From: an uncultured Streptomyces sp.
GTDB lineage: Bacteria > Actinomycetota > Actinomycetes > Streptomycetales > Streptomycetaceae
DNA: 64,000 bases
NCBI GenBank assembly: GCA_965653385.1
Contig: CBFGZZ010000002.1
Coordinates: forward strand, 6,997-70,996
Direction: 5' to 3'
Part shown: positions 9,422 to 17,736 of the stretch, piece after piece
Position numbering within the stretch: position 1 is the stretch's first letter
How the letters are laid out: each line of letters opens with the position of its first letter
Position numbers and translations under genes: made by a program
The notes under the pieces: generated by a model
Database searches by the model: none
What the model was told of the DNA's origin: nothing
The model's input: the letters and a program-made list of their open reading frames with translations, nothing else

Positions 9422-11860
9422 TCATCCGGCTGGTGCGCTCCCGTCGTGCCAGGGGGTGTGGTCGGGACCGGGTGTGGGGCCGGGGTGGGTGTCGGTGATG
9501 TGGGACGGGTCCATGGACGCCGGGCGCAGAGGTGTGGGCTGTGACTGCTGTGCGGGCTGCACCCGCCCCGCGTCGAGGCCCGTCGCCTCCAGGTGGATCG
9601 ACGCTGGGCGCATGAACTCCAGGCGGGTCGGGTCCGGGTGGCCGGGCTGGGGTGGCGAGGGGGCGTAGGCGGATGTGGTGCCTTGGGTACCGACGGTGTG
9701 TGCCGAGTCCATGTGGGCTGCATCCATGTGGCTCGCGCTCAGGTGGTCGGGCGCCGTGTGGTCGAACGCTGTGTGTCCCGACACCATGTGGCCTGACACT
9801 GTGTGGGAGGTCCCCACGTGGCCTGCACCCAGGTTCCTCGCGTCCATGTGCCCGCCGCCCATGCGCTCGGCATCCGTACGTCCGGCTTCCACACGTCCGC
9901 TCTCGACATGCCCGACCTCCACATGTCCGGCATCCATGTGGGCCGACTCCATGTGGGTCGGCTCCATGCGTGCCGACTCCATGTGTGCCGACTCCCCTTG
10001 CGCTGACTCCATGTGCTGCTGCGTCTCGGCGAGCCCGATCCCCCGCTGGAACGCGGCCATCAGCCCCGGGTCGTGCCCAGCGGGCTCGTCGGTCTCCGGA
10101 CGCGGCACGGGCGCGCTCCGCAGCTGGGGCACGATGTGTTCCTGAGCCCGGCGTCGGGGCAGTTGGGGCTTGCCCATGGTGCCGCGGACGGTTCCGGTGC
10201 GCGGGGTCGGCGGCTCGACGGTGTTCTCAGCGACGACCCGACGTTCGTCGGGCCTGATGCCGGGCACGGCCTCCGCCGGGTTGGCCCGCTCCTCACGAGC
10301 GCCGCGCACGGGCAGAGGTGCGGGCCCGTTGCCGTGCGCTCCGGACGGCGAACCCCAGCCACCGGACTGCGGCTGCGGCTGTTGCCGACGTGGCGCCCCC
10401 GCCGACGTCTCGACCACACCCCGCTGCCCGCTTTCGGGCGCGGCCGAAGCCGCGGGTGCGGCAGGGGCGGCGGATGCGGACGACGTGGGCCGCCGATGCT
10501 GCTGCGGACGCGTCTGCGACGTGGAGCGCGACGGTACGGACCCGCCGACACCCGGGCTCGCGCCCGCACCGGCACCGGCACCGGCCGCGGCACGACCAGC
10601 GGCCACCCCTGCCTGGTCCTGCGCCCGCGGCGCACCGCCACGCCGACCCTCCGGCTCCGCCCCCAACAACCCCTGCGGCACCACGAGTACGGCTTGGACA
10701 CCGCCGTAGATGTTGGTCTGGAGCCGCACATGGATGCCGTGTCGCTTGGCGAGCTGGGAGACGACGAACAGTCCGATGCGTCCGTCCGCCAGCAGGCTGG
10801 CCACGTTGACCTGATCGGGGTCGGCGAGCAGGGCGTTCATACGGTTCTGTTCGCCGACGGGCATGCCCAGCCCGCGGTCCTCGACCTCGACGGCGAGCCC
10901 CGAGGTCACGAGGTTGGCCCGGAGCAGCACCTGGGTGTGCGGTGCGGAGAACACCGTGGCGTTCTCGACCAGTTCGGCCAGCAGGTGGATGACGTCGGCG
11001 ACGGCGTGTCCGCGCAGGGTTCCGTCGATGGGAGGCACGAGCTTGACCCGCGAGTACTGCTCGACCTCCGCGATGGCCGAGCGCAGCACCTCGGTCATGG
11101 AGACCGGGTTGCTCCACTGGCGGCGGGAGACGGCCCCGCCGAGCACGGCGAGGTTCTCGGCGTGGCGGCGGATACGGGTGGCGAGGTGGTCGACGTGGAA
11201 GAGGCCCTTGAGCAGGTCCGGGTCCTCGATCTCGTTCTCCAGCTCGTCGAGGATGGAGATCTCGCGGTGGACGAGCGACTGGAGGCGGCGGGCGAGGTTG
11301 ACGAAGACCTCGAGTTTCTGTTCGCTGCCCGCCTGGCTGGAGAGCTGTGCGGCCTGGACCACCGCGCTGACGGCGCCGTCGTGGGCGCGGGCCAGGTCGG
11401 ATGCGAGCAGTTCGAAGTCGTCGGCGCCCTCGGGCGGACCGCCGCGCGGCTTGCGCTTCGGCGGGACGTCGCCACGGCGCAGCGCCTCGACGAGGGTGCG
11501 CAGATCGGCCTCGCCGCGTGCGCTGTTGCGGCGCAGTGCGCCGATGCGTTCGCTCACGGATCTGGCGGTGCGGTTGGCGGCGACCGCTGCGATCAGGATG
11601 CCCGCCACGGTCACCGAGACCGCGCCGGCCAGCACACCCCACAGGGTGAGGCTCGGCCGTGCCCCGGTGGAGCGCACGACGAACAGCACGGCCGCGCAGG
11701 CGCTGAGGGTCACCGCGACGGGTGGCAGCACCGCCAGGCGCAGCAGTTGGGGCCGTATGTGGGTCTCGGGCAGCGCGGTTGCGGTGCGGGCGGCCGGGCG
11801 CCCGTGCCGCCCGCCCTCACGGCGGTCTGCGCGTGCGGCCGGGGCGCGGAGTTGAGACAT
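9422..11860 (-). CDS. cvnA: Conservon sensor histidine-kinase-like protein CvnA, with a long low-complexity C-terminal tail
   Basis: N-terminal TM segments, then a central region with an HATPase_c pattern (HLLAELVENATVFS...VEDRGLGM). The track ORF opens on TTG at 11983. I prefer the ATG at 11860, which has GAGGA 5 nt upstream. The C-terminal ~350 aa are Pro/Ala/His-rich. Confidence 0.8.
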   Translation of the reverse strand: MSQLRAPAARADRREGGRHGRPAARTATALPETHIRPQLLRLAVLPPVAVTLSACAAVLFVVRSTGARPSLTLWGVLAGAVSVTVAGILIAAVAANRTARSVSERIGALRRNSARGEADLRTLVEALRRGDVPPKRKPRGGPPEGADDFELLASDLARAHDGAVSAVVQAAQLSSQAGSEQKLEVFVNLARRLQSLVHREISILDELENEIEDPDLLKGLFHVDHLATRIRRHAENLAVLGGAVSRRQWSNPVSMTEVLRSAIAEVEQYSRVKLVPPIDGTLRGHAVADVIHLLAELVENATVFSAPHTQVLLRANLVTSGLAVEVEDRGLGMPVGEQNRMNALLADPDQVNVASLLADGRIGLFVVSQLAKRHGIHVRLQTNIYGGVQAVLVVPQGLLGAEPEGRRGGAPRAQDQAGVAAGRAAAGAGAGAGASPGVGGSVPSRSTSQTRPQQHRRPTSSASAAPAAPAASAAPESGQRGVVETSAGAPRRQQPQPQSGGWGSPSGAHGNGPAPLPVRGAREERANPAEAVPGIRPDERRVVAENTVEPPTPRTGTVRGTMGKPQLPRRRAQEHIVPQLRSAPVPRPETDEPAGHDPGLMAAFQRGIGLAETQQHMESAQGESAHMESARMEPTHMESAHMDAGHVEVGHVESGRVEAGRTDAERMGGGHMDARNLGAGHVGTSHTVSGHMVSGHTAFDHTAPDHLSASHMDAAHMDSAHTVGTQGTTSAYAPSPPQPGHPDPTRLEFMRPASIHLEATGLDAGRVQPAQQSQPTPLRPASMDPSHITDTHPGPTPGPDHTPWHDGSAPAG
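9700..10015 (-). repeat. In-frame degenerate 15-nt tandem repeat inside cvnA, encoding His/Met-rich pentapeptides
   Basis: Five clear 15-nt units lie at 9934-10008 (plus strand: catgtgggccgactc / catgtgggtcggctc / catgcgtgccgactc / catgtgtgccgactc / cccttgcgctgactc). More diverged copies continue down to about 9700. The translated stretch reads ...HMESAQGESAHMESARMEPTHMESAHMDAGHVEVGHVESG... Confidence 0.8.
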
Positions 11861-12364
11861 CAGGGTCCTCGTACTGGTCCGTCGGTCGGGGCCTTGGGAG
11901 TGCGCGCGGTCTGCGCGGCCCGGGGCATGCGCCATCGCGATGTCGGTCGACGGAGCCGACGAATTCGGCTCCGTGTCGCCCAACGGACACTGACAGTAGT
12001 CGCCTCCGCATCAAGTGCGGTGGGCAGTTGACAAAGTCCCGCAGGCAGCGTCCCGCTCTGGTATGAGGTCTCGTACGACAGACCGATAACCCGCTCCACC
12101 GTTCGCCCACAACGAGCAATCGAACGATCGGACCTGGTCAGAAGTGGTCACGAAGAGAAGTCGAGCATCGCGGCGCTTCAGCCGCCGCACGCCTGTCGGG
12201 CCCCTGACTTCCTCGTCCGCGGCAACCCTGGCCGAGACGATTCAGCACTGTGCGCGCCCCGCTCACCGACCCCGGTCATGTCACGGGCCGTATCCGCGCG
12301 CAAGGCTCCACGAGCGCCCCGAAGTGCTCCCACGCGCCCCGCGCGAACCACCCCGGAAGGTCGC

Positions 12365-12396
12365 TGGAAGAAAAGCGGGCGCCCGATAGGGCGCCC
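12365..12396 (-). terminator. Intrinsic terminator downstream of the MBL hydrolase gene
   Basis: The minus strand reads GGGCGCCC-TATC-GGGCGCCC followed by GCTTTTCTTCC, about 85 nt after the stop at 12480. A second 10-bp hairpin (GCGGGCCCCG/CGGGGCCCGC) lies at 12429..12463. Confidence 0.6.
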
Positions 12397-12479
12397 ATAC
12401 GAGTCCGGCACATGCCGCACACGCCACAGCGGGCCCCGCCGATCCGCGATCGACGGGGCCCGCAAAAGTCGCGGTCGCG

Positions 12480-13700
12480 CTACCCGACCGCCACGCTGTC
12501 AGGCCTGTCCGGGGTGTCCGGCGTGTCGGGTGTGTCGGGCGTGTCCGACGTCGGCGCGACCGGCGGCCAGGCCGGCCATCCCTCTGCGGGCTCCTCGGCA
12601 GCCGCACGCCACCACGGCGTCACGGGCGGCACCGAGGCGGGCTCGAAGGGCTCGCCGCAGACGGGCGCCGCCATGGTGACCCCGGCCTTGTGCGTGGCCC
12701 GCATGGTCCGCTCCGCCGGCTCGGCCCATGGATGCGTCGCCAGGTTGAAGGTGCCCCAGTGGATCGGCAGCATGACGCCCGCGGCCGGATCACCGCCCTG
12801 AAGGTCGAGGTGGGCCCGGACGGCCTCGTCCGGCGTCATGTGGATGTCGGGCCAGAAGTCCGAGTAGGCGCCGAGCTGGATCATCGTGGCGTCGAACGGG
12901 CCGTGTTCGGCGCCGATGTCCTTGAAGCCCTCGAAGTAGCCGGTGTCGCCGCTGTGGTAGATCCGGTGCTCGTCCGAGGCGACGACCCAGGACGCCCAGA
13001 GGGTGTGCTGGGTGTTGCGCAGGCCGCGGCCGCAGAAGTGGCGGGCCGGGGTGGCGGTCAGGGTGAGGCCGCCGATCTTCGTCGTCTCGTGCCAGTCCAG
13101 CTCGCGCAGCCGGTCGGCCGGCACGCCCCAGTGTTCGAGATGGGCGCCGACGCCGAGCGGTACGGCGAACAGCGTGTCCGTGCCGACCAGCGCCTTGATC
13201 GTGGGCAGGTCGAGGTGGTCGTAGTGGTCGTGCGAGATGACGACGACGTCGACCGGCCCGAGCGCGGCGAGGGGCAGCGGCACGGGGTGCAGCCGCTTGG
13301 GCCCGGCGAAGGGGAACGGCGAACAGCGCTCACCCCACACCGGGTCGAAGAGCACCCGGTGCCCGTCGATCTCGGCGAGGACGCTGGAATGCCCCATCCA
13401 GGTCAGGCGCAGTCCGCCGGCGGGCGGTTTGACCAGGTCGGCGTAGGTGGTGGGGTGGATCGGCACGGTGGACTTCGGAGCGCGGCGGGGCCGGGTGTCC
13501 CGGTCGAAGAAGACCTTGGCGAACTCCAGCATCGATCCGGACGGTCTGGTGCGCGCGACGCCGCCGGGGTTCTGGAAGACCCCGTCCCGGAAGTGCGGCG
13601 ATCTGCGGATGCGCGCCATGCGCTCACCGCTCGGGTCCACACCGAAGGCCTCGGGCCGCAGGGCACGCAGCCCGGAGCTCGGGAAACGGAAACCGGCCAC
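12480..13700 (-). CDS. MBL-fold metallo-hydrolase (NAPE-PLD-like)
   Basis: Metal motif VVISHDHYDHLD. 406 aa. The GTG start at 13700 has GGAGG 4 nt upstream. The C-terminus carries a (TPD)n repeat. Confidence 0.8.
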   Translation of the reverse strand: MAGFRFPSSGLRALRPEAFGVDPSGERMARIRRSPHFRDGVFQNPGGVARTRPSGSMLEFAKVFFDRDTRPRRAPKSTVPIHPTTYADLVKPPAGGLRLTWMGHSSVLAEIDGHRVLFDPVWGERCSPFPFAGPKRLHPVPLPLAALGPVDVVVISHDHYDHLDLPTIKALVGTDTLFAVPLGVGAHLEHWGVPADRLRELDWHETTKIGGLTLTATPARHFCGRGLRNTQHTLWASWVVASDEHRIYHSGDTGYFEGFKDIGAEHGPFDATMIQLGAYSDFWPDIHMTPDEAVRAHLDLQGGDPAAGVMLPIHWGTFNLATHPWAEPAERTMRATHKAGVTMAAPVCGEPFEPASVPPVTPWWRAAAEEPAEGWPAWPPVAPTSDTPDTPDTPDTPDRPDSVAVG

Positions 13701-13795
13701 GGTACCTCCAGGTGGAGTCGGTGAGAAAATCCATTATGGTCGGCCCCTCCGACAACCCCGTGCACCCCCTGATCCATTCCGCACCGCTCCGTACG

Positions 13796-13824
13796 TTGAC
13801 ATGTCCTCACCCGCCTCCGATACT
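13796..13824 (+). promoter_or_regulatory. Candidate sigma-70-type promoter (TTGACA, 17-nt spacer, GATACT)
   Basis: TTGACA at 13796-13801 and GATACT at 13819-13824 sit in the divergent intergenic region, about 80 nt upstream of the ATG at 13905. This is pattern matching only. Confidence 0.3.
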
Positions 13825-13904
13825 GACCCATCGTTCAGTAAGAGCGCGGCTCGCGGCTCCCCGCTCCCTCCCCGCGGCTCCCGCCCCTCCCCCGGAGACC
13901 CCCC

Positions 13905-15083
13905 ATGACCACCCCCCTGGTGTCGCTCACCTGGACCGACGACGTCACCGGGCGCCAGGGCTTCCTGGTCATCGACCGGCTGGTGCGCGGCGTGTCCAGC
14001 GGTGGGCTGCGCATGCGGCCGGGATGCACGTTGGACGAGGTCACCGGGCTGGCCCGCGGCATGAGTCTGAAGGAAGCGCTGCACTACGACCCCGCGGCCC
14101 GGTACGTCCCGCTGGGCGGCGCCAAGGGCGGCATCGACTGCGATCCCCGGGATCCGGAGGCGTACGGGCTCCTGGTGCGCTTTCTGCGGGCCGTGCGGCC
14201 GTACATCGAGAGCTTCTGGACCACGGGCGAGGACCTCGGGCTCACCCAGGACGTGGTCGACCGGGCGGCCGCCGAGGCGGGGCTCGTCTCGTCCGTGCAG
14301 GCCGTGTATCCGCTGCTGGACGACGAGGCCGAGGCGCGTCGGCGGCTCGCGGACGCGTTCGCGGTCGAGGTGGACGGCATCGGGCTGGACGAGCTGGTCG
14401 GCGGCTGCGGGGTCGCCGAGTCGGTGCTCACCGCGCTGGACCGGGCCGGGGTGCCCCGCTGGCGGACGCGTGTCGCCGTGCAGGGCCTCGGGACGATGGG
14501 CGGTGCCACGGCGCGCTTCCTGACGCGCGCGGGCCTCACGGTCGTGGCCGTCGCGGACATCAAGGGCACGGTCGCCAACCCGGCGGGGCTCGACGTCGAG
14601 AGCCTGCTGGCGGCACGGGACGCCTACGGCACGGTCGACCGCGCGGCGCTGCGCCGGGGCGACCGCGAACTGCCGGGTGAGGCCTGGCTGTCGGCCGAGG
14701 CCGAGGTGCTGGTCCCGGCCGCCGTCTCGTATGTGATCGACGCCGCGAACCAGGGGCGCGTCACCGCCCGCTGGATCGCCGAGGCGGCCAACATGCCCGT
14801 ACGGCCGGACGCGGAGGAGGCGCTGGCCGGGCGGGGCATCACGGTGCTGCCGGACGTCGTGGTCAACTCGGCCACGAACGCCTGGTGGTGGTGGACGCTG
14901 TTCGGCGACATCGGCCCGTCCGCGGAGGAGGCGTTCGCCCACACCCGGCGCTCGATGCGTGCCCTGACCGACCTCACGCTGGCCCGCGCGGAGGCCGACG
15001 GGACGACGCCCCGGGCGGCCGCGCACGCCATCGCGCAGGACCGGTTGCCGGTGATCGCCGAACGGTTCGGGCGGCACCGGTGA
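13905..15083 (+). CDS. Glu/Leu/Phe/Val dehydrogenase family protein
   Basis: Contains the GGAKGGIDCDP catalytic-Lys glycine-rich motif and a C-terminal Rossmann motif GLGTMGG. GGAGA lies 6 nt upstream of the ATG. Confidence 0.8.
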   Translation: MTTPLVSLTWTDDVTGRQGFLVIDRLVRGVSSGGLRMRPGCTLDEVTGLARGMSLKEALHYDPAARYVPLGGAKGGIDCDPRDPEAYGLLVRFLRAVRPYIESFWTTGEDLGLTQDVVDRAAAEAGLVSSVQAVYPLLDDEAEARRRLADAFAVEVDGIGLDELVGGCGVAESVLTALDRAGVPRWRTRVAVQGLGTMGGATARFLTRAGLTVVAVADIKGTVANPAGLDVESLLAARDAYGTVDRAALRRGDRELPGEAWLSAEAEVLVPAAVSYVIDAANQGRVTARWIAEAANMPVRPDAEEALAGRGITVLPDVVVNSATNAWWWWTLFGDIGPSAEEAFAHTRRSMRALTDLTLARAEADGTTPRAAAHAIAQDRLPVIAERFGRHR

Positions 15084-15152
15084 CGGCGGTCGAGGACGCG
15101 TGACCCCGCCTCAGCCCGGGAACGGCTCGTGACGAGGCTTTAGGGTGACCGG

Positions 15153-15773
15153 GTGGCGAGAGTGCGGTTGAGCGTGGCGGAGCGGCGTGAGGAGTTGCTG
15201 CGGGCCGCCGTCGAGCAGATAGAGGCGCGGGGCGTGGCGGCGGTCAGGATCGCCGACGTGGCCTCGTCGCTCGGGGTGAGCAACGCACTGGTGCTCTATC
15301 ACTTCGCCACGAAGGAGAAGCTGGTCGCCGCCGCGTTCACCCACGCGGCGGAGGGCGACCTGACCCGGCTGCGCAGGATCCTCGGCCGCCGTACGACGGC
15401 GCTACGACGGCTGCGGACGGCCGTGCGCTGGTACGCGCCGACCGGCCAGGCCAAGGGCTGGCGGCTGTGGATCGAGGGCTGGGCGGGGGCGTTGCGTGAG
15501 CCCGCGTTGCAGGAGGTCACGCGGGACCTCGACCGGCAGTGGAAGGGCGCCATCGCCGAGGTCATCGCGGAGGGCGTGGCAGCCGGCGAGTTCGTCTGCG
15601 CGGACCCCGCCGGCGCGGCCCTGCGGCTCACCGCCCTCCTCGACGGGCTCGCCGTACAGCTGACGTCGTACCGTGGCGCGGTGTCACGCGCGCGTGCCCA
15701 GGAGTGGGTGGACGAGGCGCTGGCCCGGGAACTGGGTCTGGAGCGGGAGGCGTTGACGGCGTCGGCGCGGTGA
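15153..15773 (+). CDS. TetR/AcrR family transcriptional regulator
   Basis: N-terminal HTH (RREELLRAAVEQIEARGVAAVRIADVASSLGVSNALVLYHF). The start is ambiguous: GTG at 15153 (chosen) or 15162. Confidence 0.85.
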   Translation: MARVRLSVAERREELLRAAVEQIEARGVAAVRIADVASSLGVSNALVLYHFATKEKLVAAAFTHAAEGDLTRLRRILGRRTTALRRLRTAVRWYAPTGQAKGWRLWIEGWAGALREPALQEVTRDLDRQWKGAIAEVIAEGVAAGEFVCADPAGAALRLTALLDGLAVQLTSYRGAVSRARAQEWVDEALARELGLEREALTASAR

Positions 15774-15873
15774 GGCCGCAGACCTCGCCAGGCGTTCGGT
15801 ACACCGCGGCCCCGACAGCCTTGTGGGCCGCGCCCCCGGACAGACACGGCCCACACCGAAGTGAAGCGGTGCT

Positions 15874-16692
15874 TCAAGCCACCGATTCGATCCGCATCTT
15901 GATGTCGTCCGGGGACAGCGCGCCCTTGGCCGTCACATGGTCCCCCGAGGACTCGCCGCGCAGGCGCCGCCCGATCCACGGCACCAGGTACTCGCGCGCC
16001 CAGTGGACGTCGTCCCGGCGGATCTCCAGGGTGCCGCGCGGCGGGAGCGGCGGCCAGGGCTGGTCCGGGTCGGCCGGGATGTCCAGGCCGAGTACCTGCC
16101 CCGCGCGCAGCGCCACGCGCGTGTGCCCCTCCGGAGACAGGTGGAGCCGGTCGTCGTCCCAGGCCCGGCGGTCCTGGACGGTCTTCAGGGACCACAGGTC
16201 GAGCACCGGGCAGCCGTACCGGTCGGCGACGGCCCGCACATGACCGTTGTAGGTGGCGATCTTGCCGCGCAGATGCTTCAGCACGGGCACGCCACGGGTG
16301 TCGAATCCGGTCGTCACCATGACGGTGCCTGCCACGGCGGCGAGCCGGGCGATGGCCCGCTCGAAGCGCTCGGCGACCTCGTCGGGGTCGGTTCCGGGTC
16401 GGATGATGTCGTTGCCGCCCGCACAGAACGAGACGAGGTCCGGGGCCAGTTCGACGGCCTTCGGGAGCTGGTCCTCGATGATCTGGTCGAGCAGTTTGCC
16501 GCGCACGGCGAGGTTCGTGTAGTTGAAGTCGCCCTCGGGGCGCCGGTCCGCGAGCAGGACCGCGAACCGGTCGGCCCAACCGACGAACGCCCCGTCGGGG
16601 CCGGGGTCGCCGACGCCCTCGGTGAAGCTGTCCCCCACCGCGACGTACGACCCGATCACTGATCTGCTGTCACTCTTCGAATCGTCTGCCAC
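15874..16692 (-). CDS. SGNH/GDSL hydrolase family protein
   Basis: Block I reads VAVGDSFTEG, with GGND and DxxH (DDRLHLSPEGH) blocks also present. GTG start. Confidence 0.85.
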   Translation of the reverse strand: MADDSKSDSRSVIGSYVAVGDSFTEGVGDPGPDGAFVGWADRFAVLLADRRPEGDFNYTNLAVRGKLLDQIIEDQLPKAVELAPDLVSFCAGGNDIIRPGTDPDEVAERFERAIARLAAVAGTVMVTTGFDTRGVPVLKHLRGKIATYNGHVRAVADRYGCPVLDLWSLKTVQDRRAWDDDRLHLSPEGHTRVALRAGQVLGLDIPADPDQPWPPLPPRGTLEIRRDDVHWAREYLVPWIGRRLRGESSGDHVTAKGALSPDDIKMRIESVA

Positions 16693-16804
16693 ATCGGCAC
16701 ATGATTCACCTTCGAATGTGACCTACGCGACCGTAGGCAAGGGTTGACGAGCGGTGAGATAAGCCACTTCCAAAGGGTTCACCAAACCTGGAATATCCGT
16801 CTGA

Positions 16805-17521
16805 TCAGGGGTGTTGTGGGCGCAGCCGCCATACCCGGAAGTCGCTGACGCGGAAGTGGCTCCAGACGGTCCGGAAGGCGAAGTGCCCACTGGTGTACGG
16901 CTCGTGGTCGGTGTGGTCGAAGACCAGCCGCCCGTTGTTCCACCACTGGACGGTCGAGCCGTCGGAGACGATACGGACCCGGTTCGGCTCGTTGGCCACC
17001 AGCAGCGGCTCCGTGTAGTCGAAGACCAGCGGACGGACTCCGGCCTCGCCGACGTAGCGGCGCAGTCGCGTCGTGGTGTTGTAGTTGGCGCCGTAACCGG
17101 AGTAGTACGTCTTGAGGTGGTCGTACTCGTCCAGCGCACCGGCCCGCGGCGTGGCGAAGAGGTCGTCCGGGGAGCGGACGTCGAGGGCGTTCCAGAAGTT
17201 GTTCAGGTCGGAGACACGGTCGTTGGGCCCGCCGGCCGAGACGGCGGTGGCCGTGTACCCGATGACGTACGGCCCTTCGAGCCGCTTCTTGAACCACACC
17301 GTCGCCCCGCTCGGCACGTCGATCTCCAGCACCCCGCGCGCGGCGCTGACGGTGCCGCCGTCCTGCAGCTCGGTCTCCCACTGGCCGAGGCCGTGGCAGA
17401 AGTCGTCCTGGGCGATCAGCCGGCGGCCGGGAGAGGCGGCACTCGCCGCGCCGACCGGGGCCAGCGCCCCGAGGGCGACGCCTGCGGCCAGGACTCCGAA
17501 TGCTCTGCGCGTGGTCGTCAC
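16805..17521 (-). CDS. Secreted (Tat signal) concanavalin-A-like lectin/glucanase-fold protein, DUF1961/DUF6250 (YesU-like)
   Basis: Trimmed to the GTG at 17521, which has AAGGAG 8 nt upstream. The N-terminus TTTRRAFGVLAAGVALGALAPVGAASA looks like a twin-arginine signal. The YYSGYGANYNTTTRLRRY block resembles YesU-type proteins; this family call is from memory. Confidence 0.5.
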   Translation of the reverse strand: MTTTRRAFGVLAAGVALGALAPVGAASAASPGRRLIAQDDFCHGLGQWETELQDGGTVSAARGVLEIDVPSGATVWFKKRLEGPYVIGYTATAVSAGGPNDRVSDLNNFWNALDVRSPDDLFATPRAGALDEYDHLKTYYSGYGANYNTTTRLRRYVGEAGVRPLVFDYTEPLLVANEPNRVRIVSDGSTVQWWNNGRLVFDHTDHEPYTSGHFAFRTVWSHFRVSDFRVWRLRPQHP

Positions 17522-17736
17522 GGGAAGGACTCCTTCGCTGTGTGAGGACGTGGAAGGCACCATGGAAAGCGCTTGCTCCAAGCGGTCGGAGATCACTCTC
17601 CCCCCATAGCCCCCGCCCTGTCGACACCCCGACCCGCCCAGACGCCCGCTTCAGGACACACCGAAGGCCGGACCCGGGGATCGGGGTCCGGCCTTCGGTC
17701 GCGTGTCAGGCAGGTGGTCTGCGCGAAGAACCGCCG

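Noticed and set aside
9700-10015. Short tandem repeats (here and at 12505..12549) read as a CRISPR-like or other non-coding array.
   Set aside because: The units are 15 nt and 9 nt with no spacers, and they are in frame within long ORFs. They translate into regular peptide repeats, so they are coding low-complexity repeats.
12144-12389. An 81-aa plus-strand ORF, with overlapping ORFs, in the cvnA upstream region.
   Set aside because: It is Arg/Pro-rich, has no SD, and has poor third-position bias. It also overlaps the terminator hairpin of the MBL hydrolase transcript. It is most likely non-coding.
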